Below, in pieces: positions 8,011 through 15,452 of a DNA stretch of 54,143 bases. The notes under the pieces were generated by a model that did not search any database, was not told where the DNA came from, and worked only from the letters and a program-made list of their open reading frames with translations. Numbering within the stretch: the stretch's first letter is position 1; every line of letters begins with the position of its first letter. This DNA comes from a virus (Duplodnaviria; Caudoviricetes), in the IMG/VR virus record IMGVR_UViG_3300006750_000012, positions 1-54,143 of that record; one strand, 5' to 3'. The translations under genes and the position numbers were made by a program.

Positions 8011-9207
8011 CGAAAGGAACAGGTGATGAATAAAAATATTCTGGGGATTCATGGGAATTTGCTGCGCTCTGATGTGCGTTATGGTTCTGATGAACTCGTG
8101 AAAGCATGGGATCGTAATGGGTTTCATTATCTCCGCTTGCCAGGTGGTAGTTCAAATCATTGGTATCAGTGGAAAACAGGAATATTCCACGAAAACAACT
8201 GGAGTTTTGTTGGGGATACGTCTGAGAAAGATCGGTACATGATTTTTGGGGCTAACAAGGCTCGTGAAACGCACGGGGCATATCTTGTTAATGACATGAT
8301 TGATTTTCTGATTGAAACAGGGACTGAGTATTCTTATGTTGTAAACGCCGCAGAGCCTTTTCAGAATCATCGTGATTTTCTGAAGCACTGGAAAGCCAGT
8401 GGTTTAGACTTGAAGAACGTTGAGTATGGGAATGAGATGTACACACCGCAGAAATATGCGGAATTTGAAAATGTGCAGATGTATACTGACAAAGCTAAGA
8501 ATTTTAACTATGTGCTTAAACAAGATTTTCCTGATGCTAAGTTGGGACTTACTGTGTCGATGGAGGCTTTCAAACCTCATAAGCCGGGAGCTAAACGGGA
8601 CGAATTATTACACTGGGATGAAGGTATCCGCAATCAAGAGTGGCGCGATGCGAACATTATTCACTTTTATGCGACTCCCGCTGTCAATTCAGCGTGGGGG
8701 AAATGGTCAGCAAATGAAGTATCCTATTACACTGCGCTGAATCATTGGAATAAGTATTTTGAAGAAGCAGTTAGCACATGGGATGACAAACCAATATGGG
8801 TAACTGAGTGGGGAGTCTATCCGTGGCCGCGAACACAGGGAGAACCAGAACTCTACTCATACTTGAGTTCCAAGTATAATCATTTGTTTGTTGCTCATGC
8901 GCTTATCGAAATGATGCTGGAACCGCGCATCACGCTAGCTGCCTATCATTCATGGACACAGCTACTGGAAGGTAGCGGTATAAACGCAGAGTTGGCAGAA
9001 CCTGGTTGTAACGCAACAAAGGAAGTGTTCAAAGTATTTGGTGAACTTACCAACGAGACACCGGAAAGAGTTGGTATACGAGGACACGGCTGTACGGGAG
9101 TTAAGCTCGGAAACACTTTGATTCTGGTCAACAGGATGGATCAAAAAAATATTGTCGAGGGCTGCGAAGTTCCCGCTCATTCAGTTATTGTCCGAAAATA
9201 TGTGTAG
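8002..9207 (+). CDS. Clan GH-A TIM-barrel glycoside hydrolase (GH51/GH44/GH79-like); likely start 8026
   Basis: LRLPGGS..WYQW, VEYGNE (acid/base), IWVTEWG (nucleophile). Confidence 0.75.
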   Translation: MARRKEQVMNKNILGIHGNLLRSDVRYGSDELVKAWDRNGFHYLRLPGGSSNHWYQWKTGIFHENNWSFVGDTSEKDRYMIFGANKARETHGAYLVNDMIDFLIETGTEYSYVVNAAEPFQNHRDFLKHWKASGLDLKNVEYGNEMYTPQKYAEFENVQMYTDKAKNFNYVLKQDFPDAKLGLTVSMEAFKPHKPGAKRDELLHWDEGIRNQEWRDANIIHFYATPAVNSAWGKWSANEVSYYTALNHWNKYFEEAVSTWDDKPIWVTEWGVYPWPRTQGEPELYSYLSSKYNHLFVAHALIEMMLEPRITLAAYHSWTQLLEGSGINAELAEPGCNATKEVFKVFGELTNETPERVGIRGHGCTGVKLGNTLILVNRMDQKNIVEGCEVPAHSVIVRKYV

Positions 9208-9226
9208 TAACATGGGGGTTGGAAAA

Positions 9227-9712
9227 ATGACATGGGAATTAATCAAAATAAAAATACTGTTGTTATTGCTGTTGCCGTTGTGTGTAGTGGCTCAAGCACC
9301 GGTCTACGATACAGATGGCGATGGAATAGTTGATCGTAACGACCCGTGTGTTTTCGTCGCAAATGAGCGTTGCGCCGATTTCAATGGTAACGGGTTTGTG
9401 AATTTCGCAGATCTTGCTTATATGAAATCGGTGTTTTCTACCGATGATGGTGTTGCGGATTTGAATGATGATGGGGTGGTGAACTTTGGCGATCTTAGTT
9501 TATTGAAAATGCAAATGTTCCAATTCGCGCTGTCTTGCAACACTTACGCGACTGCGCATATCGGGCATCGCGACGTATGGCAAATTGCTTGTCATGGGGC
9601 AATCGAACAAAGCGTGTATTTCGGGCATTCGGAGTGTAGTGTTGAAACGCATCGAATCAACGGTGATACATATTTGCATTGCATGGTTACGTTCGGGTCT
9701 GGGGACTGGTAG
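9227..9712 (+). CDS. Secreted protein with TSP3 repeat and dockerin-type Ca-binding repeats
   Basis: Signal peptide; DTDGDGIVDRNDPC; ADFNGNGFVNFADL / ADLNDDGVVNFGDL. Confidence 0.7.
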   Translation: MTWELIKIKILLLLLLPLCVVAQAPVYDTDGDGIVDRNDPCVFVANERCADFNGNGFVNFADLAYMKSVFSTDDGVADLNDDGVVNFGDLSLLKMQMFQFALSCNTYATAHIGHRDVWQIACHGAIEQSVYFGHSECSVETHRINGDTYLHCMVTFGSGDW

Positions 9713-9896
9713 TAAAAGTTGCCCACAGGGTACCAAACATAGTAATAAACAGGAAATTTTTTTAAATGGGACTAGAATTATTTAACATAGTAATAGGTTC
9801 GCTATTAGTAGCCGGGGCCCTAACATGCTTTGCAAGACTTGTGGCGAGCCACGGAAAGGATAAACGTAAACGTAAACGCGTTTAAGCAAAGTATGA

Positions 9897-9971
9897 GGGG
9901 ACGTAGTTAAGAGGTTTAACATCTGGCTTTTAACCAGTCGACGGCGGGTTCAATTCCCCCCGCCCCTACCA
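9897..9971 (+). tRNA. tRNA-Lys(UUU), a few stem mismatches
   Basis: Cloverleaf, loop CT-TTT-AA, TTCAATT, encoded CCA. Confidence 0.75.
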
Positions 9972-9996
9972 CTTTATAGCATACGAAAAATTTTTC

Positions 9997-10025
9997 TTGA
10001 CAAGTATGGTCATTTTTGATATAAT
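9997..10025 (+). promoter_or_regulatory. sigma70 promoter upstream of tmRNA
   Basis: TTGACA-17-TATAAT. Confidence 0.9.
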
Positions 10026-10139
10026 ATATAAAATGGGAAAAAACCTACAATGATTGAATTACAAAAATGGCTTAAGGAAACCGATGCAGAATATGATAAA
10101 TTCTGTGAAAATTCCTTACCGATTGGATGAAGCAATAAC

Positions 10140-10378
10140 GCCTTGTGCGGACGCGGATAGCATTATTCCGCCTTCTCCACCAAATAAATATCTAAGAATT
10201 AATCGAGAAATACGCAGTCCAAATTAAAGGGGAAGAACAGATTCGACGGATAAGTAACGGGTTGTGGACAATCACGTACGAAAGTACAAAACATTAAACG
10301 CAAATGATGAAACATTCGCACTTGCTGCCTAAGGGTTAGCTGAGCTTGGCGGCTCGCTTGTAAACAGAAGTAGCCGCC
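10140..10378 (+). ncRNA. ssrA: Two-piece circularly permuted tmRNA, tag (A)ANDETFALAA*
   Basis: Acceptor piece ends CTTCTCC-A-CCA (10182). Coding piece starts GGGGAAG...GATTCGAC (10229) and gives a G3.U70 pair. Tag ORF 10300-10332. 5' boundary approximate. Confidence 0.9.
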
Positions 10379-10379
10379 T

Positions 10380-10533
10380 CCATTAAACAAATGTTTCAAT
10401 GTCTCAGGCTACCGGATTAGGGTTGACCACCCTCCTGCTTAGTCAAAGTATAGATTTAGTCACCTATATTGGGAGCGCACCGTGTAAAACTTGACGGAAA
10501 GGCGAACCTAGCTCTGGAACATTTCTTTAATGG
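10380..10533 (+). ncRNA. Putative structured RNA closed by an ~18-bp stem
   Basis: 10380-10398 pairs with 10515-10533; three internal hairpins. Confidence 0.45.
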
Positions 10534-10623
10534 ATGTATAGTTTCTTATTTAATCTATAAAAATAAGTGTCAAGTTCTATGTGCTAAAGTAAAGATAATA
10601 GGAATTACACAAAGGAGCATGAA

Positions 10624-10788
10624 ATGACTGATAGTAGATGGTCGCGTCTGGAACTTCAGCGGGAGCGGGAGTCTAGGTGTGGTGGGCGTCGCAGCTTGCA
10701 AGATTGCGGTCATTGGGAGTGTCTGTGTGGTACTCTGAATGAAGAAGATCGGAGAACTTGTCAGCATTGTGGTGAGTCTGGCGACTAA
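10624..10788 (+). CDS. 54-aa zinc-finger microprotein (RanBP2-like; not in ORF track)
   Basis: AAGGAG RBS; WECLCGTLNEEDRRTCQHCG. Confidence 0.65.
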   Translation: MTDSRWSRLELQRERESRCGGRRSLQDCGHWECLCGTLNEEDRRTCQHCGESGD

Positions 10789-10819
10789 TAGAATTTGAAA
10801 GGAGTAGGGTGCCAAATAT

Positions 10820-10904
10820 GGATAGGCTGGGCATTGGCGAGCCCACGTGGCTGTAAACCACACGCCTTAGAGCTGTAATGGTTCAACTCCATTCCTATCC
10901 ACCA
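10820..10904 (+). tRNA. tRNA-Tyr(GUA)
   Basis: GGATAGG/CCTATCC acceptor, CT-GTA-AA loop, long variable arm, CCA. Confidence 0.85.
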
Positions 10905-10909
10905 ATTTA

Positions 10910-10982
10910 ACAGTAGGCGTAATGGCGCACTAAGCGGACTCCAAACCCGTTATGCTGGGCTCGATACCTAGGTAGGGTGCCA
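10910..10982 (+). pseudogene. Degenerate tRNA-Trp(CCA)-like element
   Basis: CT-CCA-AA loop, T-arm and CCA present; acceptor strands do not pair. Confidence 0.55.
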
Positions 10983-11009
10983 ATTTACAGTAGTAAACAG
11001 GAAATTATT

Positions 11010-11198
11010 TTGATTAGTGTAAGAGAAAGACTACCTAAACCCAATCAACCATGTAAAGTATATGTTCTGGATTATTTAAAAAAGAACTTTGAAGGAAAGA
11101 AGTTTAAGTTTATAACATATAGTGATGGTGGATATTTTTGGGATGATAGTGAAACTTGTTTACAAGACTCAGAAGTAACACATTGGAATCCTTTTTAA
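11010..11198 (+). CDS. DUF551-like phage protein
   Basis: ISVRERLP...VTHWNP; TTG start after AGGA. Confidence 0.6.
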   Translation: MISVRERLPKPNQPCKVYVLDYLKKNFEGKKFKFITYSDGGYFWDDSETCLQDSEVTHWNPF

Positions 11199-11209
11199 GA
11201 AGATAATAA

Positions 11210-11860
11210 GTGTTAAACGTATTAAACCTATATGCAGGAGTTGGTGGCAACCGCAAACTCTGGACCGACGTAGACGTCACAGCAATAGAAAGCGATCCAA
11301 AGATAGCAAGTGTTTATCAGAAACTTTTTCCAGATGACACTGTATTTATTGAAGATGCGCATCAGTTCTTATTAGAAACTCATGATCTGGTAGACTTCGT
11401 TTGGTCAAGTCCCCCGTGCCAATCGCACTCTCGTATGATGAAGGCTACTAGACATGATCTAAGACGTTATCCTGATATGGCACTATACGAAGAGATATTA
11501 TTTCTTCAGAACTTTTTCAAAGGCGGATGGGTAGTAGAAAACGTAAAACCCTATTACGAACCTTTGATAAAACCTACAGCAATTATAGGTAGACATTATT
11601 TCTGGAGTAACTTCCCAATTACAGCAGACGATGTTAAGCGACCTCCTGGATTTATTAATAAGTCTACAGTAGCAGGTAAACTAGAATTGATGGATTGGCT
11701 TGATATTCATTACGAAGAGAAGTTATATTACAAGGGGAACCATTGTCCAGCCCAAGTGCTGCGCAACTGCGTTCATCCCTTAATAGGAAAACAGATTTTA
11801 GAGAATTATAGGGTTGGGATGCTGTGTGGCGCAGGTTCTCGCTGTGACCGAGTTAACTGA
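11210..11860 (+). CDS. DNA cytosine-5 methyltransferase (short phage type)
   Basis: Motif I LNLYAGVGG, motif IV SPPCQ, motif VI ENV. Confidence 0.85.
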   Translation: MLNVLNLYAGVGGNRKLWTDVDVTAIESDPKIASVYQKLFPDDTVFIEDAHQFLLETHDLVDFVWSSPPCQSHSRMMKATRHDLRRYPDMALYEEILFLQNFFKGGWVVENVKPYYEPLIKPTAIIGRHYFWSNFPITADDVKRPPGFINKSTVAGKLELMDWLDIHYEEKLYYKGNHCPAQVLRNCVHPLIGKQILENYRVGMLCGAGSRCDRVN

Positions 11861-11887
11861 TGGGTTCGAATCCCTCCCTCCCCACCA
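11811..11887 (+). tRNA. tRNA-His(GUG)-like, degenerate acceptor; overlaps the MTase 3' end
   Basis: CT-GTG-AC loop, GGTTCGAATCC, CCA; two acceptor mismatches. Confidence 0.5.
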
Positions 11888-11902
11888 AATTAGAGGTACA
11901 CT

Positions 11903-12073
11903 ATGAGTGTAGAAGATAATACTCAACAAGCTAAGCGATTTATTAAGATTGTTGGCCCAATTACATTAATTGCTGTTATAGTCTTTTTAGTCGTAGCAGC
12001 AGGCAGAGAATATGCTGGTTGCGAATGGCCTTGGGAAAATGTAGATGGTACTGATACGTACCTCGTGGACTAA
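11903..12073 (+). CDS. Small single-TM protein (56 aa, not in track)
   Basis: GAGGT RBS; IVGPITLIAVIVFLVVAAG. Confidence 0.65.
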   Translation: MSVEDNTQQAKRFIKIVGPITLIAVIVFLVVAAGREYAGCEWPWENVDGTDTYLVD

Positions 12074-12157
12074 CGCGATATAATTGATTAGTAGGTCGTG
12101 ACCTAAACCCTGATACCCGAGGGTCTGAATGGCAATATCGGGTTACTAAATTCTGAC

Positions 12158-12186
12158 TTGAAATAGTGAGTAGAACTTGCTATAAT
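12158..12186 (+). promoter_or_regulatory. sigma70 promoter
   Basis: TTGAAA-17-TATAAT. Confidence 0.85.
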
Positions 12187-12206
12187 ATATAAAATGGAAA
12201 ATCAAA

Positions 12207-12282
12207 CAGAGCATAGCTGAGCTTGGTATAGCATGGCGTTTGGGGCGCTAAGACGAGGGTTCGAATCCTTCTGTTCTGACCA
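12207..12282 (+). tRNA. tRNA-Pro(UGG)
   Basis: CAGAGCA/TGTTCTG acceptor, TT-TGG-GG loop, TTCGAAT, CCA. Confidence 0.9.
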
Positions 12283-12336
12283 ATTAAGGAGGTAACGACA
12301 TAATGAGTAAATTGTAATTAAATACAGGAGAAAATT

Positions 12337-12606
12337 ATGAGCGATACTTATCGACATAAAGTATTGGGCAAGTATAAAAGAATCCGTGATGAGGACTTTT
12401 GTGCAGGTTGGGAGTATTTAAGCACCAACCACCCGGGCTTTATGTATACCTGGTGGAATTCTACACCTTCGTGGTGGAATAATGAATTTCATACCAGACC
12501 AGCGAGAACGCAGACTCGCAATACTCTGCGCAAGATCAATCTAGATAACTATGAGGATGACTGGGATTTTCCCAACTATAAAAAGCCTCATATTTATTAC
12601 TGGTAA
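12337..12606 (+). CDS. Hypothetical phage protein (Trp-rich)
   Basis: AGGAG RBS; TPSWWN..HTRP.R ... KKPHIYYW. Confidence 0.7.
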   Translation: MSDTYRHKVLGKYKRIRDEDFCAGWEYLSTNHPGFMYTWWNSTPSWWNNEFHTRPARTQTRNTLRKINLDNYEDDWDFPNYKKPHIYYW

Positions 12607-12714
12607 GACTATAGCAGGTAGTTTCCCTGTGCTAAGCAAACCGTAAGCATTTGAGAGCGTGAACAATGTGATCCTACAGTGGGACGATCTTTAAACTCAA
12701 CCACACAATTTTAT

Positions 12715-12786
12715 ATCCCGAGCGACAGGACGCAGGTGAGGCTACGAACCACGCCCTTGTAGGTTCGATTCCCTAGGACTCCGCCA
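12715..12786 (+). pseudogene. Degenerate or chimeric tRNA-Arg(ACG)-like element
   Basis: CT-ACG-AA loop, GGTTCGATT, CCA; 3' acceptor strand does not match the 5' strand. Confidence 0.5.
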
Positions 12787-12791
12787 AATAT

Positions 12792-12868
12792 GGATCGGTC
12801 GTCTAATGGTTCAGGACGCGTTGGCTTTCAACCTCCGAATCAGGGTTCGAACCCCTGTCGATTCACCA
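12792..12868 (+). tRNA. tRNA-Glu(UUC), weak anticodon stem
   Basis: GGATCGG/TCGATTC acceptor, CT-TTC-AA loop, perfect T-arm, CCA. Confidence 0.65.
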
Positions 12869-12953
12869 AATATAGGTAACAGTGAATGATGGGTCGCACC
12901 TATCGTACTGGGGTCAGTTGAAGCGGGATGAGACCTCCCCGCCTTTTATTTAA

Positions 12954-13030
12954 TGTGGTGAAGCTTAAGTGGCATAAGCAACTGGCTGATAACCGGTAGA
13001 CAGGTGGTTCAAGTCCACTCACCACGACCA
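12954..13030 (+). tRNA. tRNA-Ile(GAU)
   Basis: Full cloverleaf, CT-GAT-AA loop, CCA. Confidence 0.9.
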
Positions 13031-13036
13031 AACAAT

Positions 13037-13112
13037 GCTAGTGTGCGCATCGGGGTATGCGAACCGCCTGTCTAGCGGATGTAGGAGGGTTCGAGTCCCT
13101 TCACTAGCGCCA
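13037..13112 (+). tRNA. tRNA-Asp(GUC)
   Basis: GCTAGTG/CACTAGC acceptor, CT-GTC-TA loop, G73, CCA. Confidence 0.85.
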
Positions 13113-13129
13113 AATTTAAAAGGATACTT

Positions 13130-13723
13130 ATGAAAGTAGATATGTCCGTTCCTTTTGATAGATCATTTAATAGAAATTTTGATTTATCTGAGAGAACCAT
13201 ATTACAAGCTACAATGTCAGAAACAGCTTCTATATTTGAAAATATACCTTATAGCTGGGATAATGCTGATCAAGGTACAGGATTTGGAGATATTGGGGGA
13301 GATATATGGTCTTGCTGGTCATTCCTAAATGTAACAATACCTCAAGATGTAACAATAACAAAGGCCACAATGGTTTGGAAGCCTAGCACAGATCCTGACA
13401 CAATTAGTGCTGATCTTCTCTTTGATTGTGAAAAAGATGCTACTCCGGTAGATGTCACAAATACTACTCCTCTTAATAGACCCTACCAGGATTCTTTTGT
13501 GTGGACAACCGCTAACGATACTATTACAGGACTGACATTAACAGGAGATGAGGAATATACTTATAATATAGTAATAGATCCAGCGATTTTTCAAGAATGT
13601 ATAGATTTAGGCGGTTGGAATAGAAAATTTAACCTGAGAGGTAGAGCTCCAGATACCCCTTCTAATACGTGGGTAGGACAGAGAGATATTGCATCTTTGA
13701 TTGTGGAGTATTACGAAAATTAA
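13130..13723 (+). CDS. Acidic beta-rich protein (DNRLRE-like IPx..I.KA.L motif)
   Basis: FLNVTIPQDVTITKATM resembles FDPISTIPQGTTIKQAWL in 44811..46841. Confidence 0.55.
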   Translation: MKVDMSVPFDRSFNRNFDLSERTILQATMSETASIFENIPYSWDNADQGTGFGDIGGDIWSCWSFLNVTIPQDVTITKATMVWKPSTDPDTISADLLFDCEKDATPVDVTNTTPLNRPYQDSFVWTTANDTITGLTLTGDEEYTYNIVIDPAIFQECIDLGGWNRKFNLRGRAPDTPSNTWVGQRDIASLIVEYYEN

Positions 13724-13724
13724 A

Positions 13725-13768
13725 GCCCCATTGGTGGAATTGGCAGACACGCTGGGTTTAGTTCCCAG
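13725..13768 (+). pseudogene. 5' half of tRNA-Leu(UAG), lacking T-arm and 3' strand
   Basis: GCCCCAT-TGGTGGAATTGGCAGACAC-G-CTGGG-TTTAGTT-CCCAG, then unrelated sequence. Confidence 0.7.
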
Positions 13769-13790
13769 TTCCCAGCCCCCGTAGAACGGA

Positions 13791-13866
13791 GCAGTGATGG
13801 TGTTCAATGGTAGCATTACAGTCTTCCAAACTGACGGTATGGGTTCGAGTCCCATTCACTGTTCCA
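13791..13866 (+). tRNA. tRNA-Gly(UCC)
   Basis: GCAGTGA/TCACTGT acceptor, CT-TCC-AA loop, U73, CCA. Confidence 0.9.
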
Positions 13867-14017
13867 AATAAAGGGCAAGTGTGGCGGTGGTCGAAAGTAT
13901 GTAGTTGCTAACTGACAATCAGTAGTAGAAGACTGCATATGAATACAGGTGGTAGTCTATTGGGACTAATGACTTTAAACTTGCAGTCCCACTTTGTAAA
14001 TAACATGAGGACATTAT

Positions 14018-14545
14018 ATGTCTTTTAAATATTTAGTAGCTGCCAGTTTGCTAGCACTTAGTATGAGTGCTAATGCGGATATTTATATTGGTGGTGAAGT
14101 AAATAGTACGGCAGTTGACTCTAATTCTCTAGAAGATATTGTCAACGACTTCTCTGATCGTTCAGCTGGATATGGTGCAATTATTGGATATAAGTTTCCA
14201 ATGCCATTCGCAGTTCAGGCCAAGTACATAGCTCCCGAAGAGCTTGATGATCAAGGCCTTTCAATTGATGCAGATGGGTGGTTAGTAAGTGGACTAGGAT
14301 TCATTCCTTTAGGGAATGCTTGGTCTATTTACGGAGAAGCAGGATACTTTGATTTCTCTGGAGATATTGAGATTGGTAGTGAAGAAGCTTCACAGTCTTT
14401 ATCTGGAGAGAGTGGAGTATTGTTCGGAGCAGGTGTTAACTGGAACATCACCGGAGGACTAAACACTCGACTTGGCGCTACTCTATACGATGTAGAAGGT
14501 GCCAGTGTTAATCAGTTCAACCTAGGCGTACTGTACGAGTTTTAA
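14018..14545 (+). CDS. OmpA-like 8-stranded outer-membrane beta-barrel
   Basis: Signal peptide AXA; amphipathic strands; C-terminal LGVLYEF beta-signal. Confidence 0.8.
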   Translation: MSFKYLVAASLLALSMSANADIYIGGEVNSTAVDSNSLEDIVNDFSDRSAGYGAIIGYKFPMPFAVQAKYIAPEELDDQGLSIDADGWLVSGLGFIPLGNAWSIYGEAGYFDFSGDIEIGSEEASQSLSGESGVLFGAGVNWNITGGLNTRLGATLYDVEGASVNQFNLGVLYEF

Positions 14546-14610
14546 ATATCGGACCGCTCCTTCCGACGGGACGTGCAAATATCGGAAGACCAATCTTATA
14601 AGAGGATAAT

Positions 14611-14910
14611 ATGGCTAGATTAGTCACGGATGGAGTCGCACAAGCTGCGGTAAAATTAAGCAATGTACTTAGTAGTAGACACGAAGGCGGAGGATATAAC
14701 GTATGGACTATCCAAGCCATAGCAGATGATGTACCTTCTGGTGCAACATTTCAGCTAGAGGCTAGTACTAATAATAATGATTTTGACCCAGTCCCAGATG
14801 TAACATTAACTTCTGGACAACAGATCGCTAGTTTTACTATGTCTAGTAGATGCTGGGTACAACTTACTGGGCTTGAAACTGCTTTTACAGGCGACGTTAA
14901 TATAGTATAA
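14611..14910 (+). CDS. Hypothetical beta-rich protein
   Basis: GAGGA RBS. Confidence 0.65.
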   Translation: MARLVTDGVAQAAVKLSNVLSSRHEGGGYNVWTIQAIADDVPSGATFQLEASTNNNDFDPVPDVTLTSGQQIASFTMSSRCWVQLTGLETAFTGDVNIV

Positions 14911-15089
14911 TGTCAAACAAAGAAACAAGATTGAAAAGATGGGATCAAATTCAACGTGATCAAAAACGTAAAAGACGATCCAAAAATTTTAACCATAAAC
15001 AGAAAACTAAGCAAGAAAAGGCTTATAAACGAGAACGAATTAGTCTTAAAGACAAAGTAGAAGAGGCCCTTAAAAACTTAAAACTATAG
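14910..15089 (+). CDS. Small basic protein (59 aa, not in track)
   Basis: TAATG coupling; K/R-rich. Confidence 0.5.
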   Translation: MSNKETRLKRWDQIQRDQKRKRRSKNFNHKQKTKQEKAYKRERISLKDKVEEALKNLKL

Positions 15090-15098
15090 GGACTTAAT

Positions 15099-15362
15099 AT
15101 GAACGTTCTAAAAATTGATGATTTCCACTATATTTGGTATGCTGGTGGGAAGTGGCCGTATACGATAAGTTTGGAAGATATTTTTCCATACTTACAAAGA
15201 GAACCTATTATACCCAATTACCCCGAGCATATGCAGAAGCGAGGATTAGAAAAGGTTCCATGGGAACGGCTTCCAGAACCTATCAAGAGATGCATAGTGG
15301 CAGCACAAAGCACTTTCTTAGAGTCGGTAAAAGAGAAACAGGACGAAGAAAAAGACAAATAA
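15099..15362 (+). CDS. Hypothetical protein
   Basis: GGGA RBS, ends at the terminator. Confidence 0.6.
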   Translation: MNVLKIDDFHYIWYAGGKWPYTISLEDIFPYLQREPIIPNYPEHMQKRGLEKVPWERLPEPIKRCIVAAQSTFLESVKEKQDEEKDK

Positions 15363-15392
15363 AAAAATGCCGCTGAGAAGCGGCATTTTTTT
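15361..15392. terminator. Bidirectional Rho-independent terminator
   Basis: A7-TGCCGCT-gaga-AGCGGCA-T7. Confidence 0.9.
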
Positions 15393-15400
15393 ATTTGAAC

Positions 15401-15429
15401 TTGAAATTTTCAGTTAAATAGCGTATAAT
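15401..15429 (+). promoter_or_regulatory. sigma70 promoter
   Basis: TTGAAA-17-TATAAT. Confidence 0.85.
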
Positions 15430-15452
15430 ATATATTCAAATGGAGATTTAAC

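Noticed and set aside
7990-8020. Hammerhead ribozyme (CTGACGA...CGAAA)
   Set aside because: The stem II closing pair and stem I do not form; CTGA is better paired in the TCAGAA/TTCTGA hairpin
12107-12143. HDV-like (theta) ribozyme near tRNAs
   Set aside because: No P3/L3 nested between P2 and P1', and it is not at a tRNA 3' end
13037-13112. Amber suppressor tRNA (CTA in the loop)
   Set aside because: The 7-nt loop CTGTCTA centres on GTC, and G73 fits Asp; TAG is used as a normal stop in this genome
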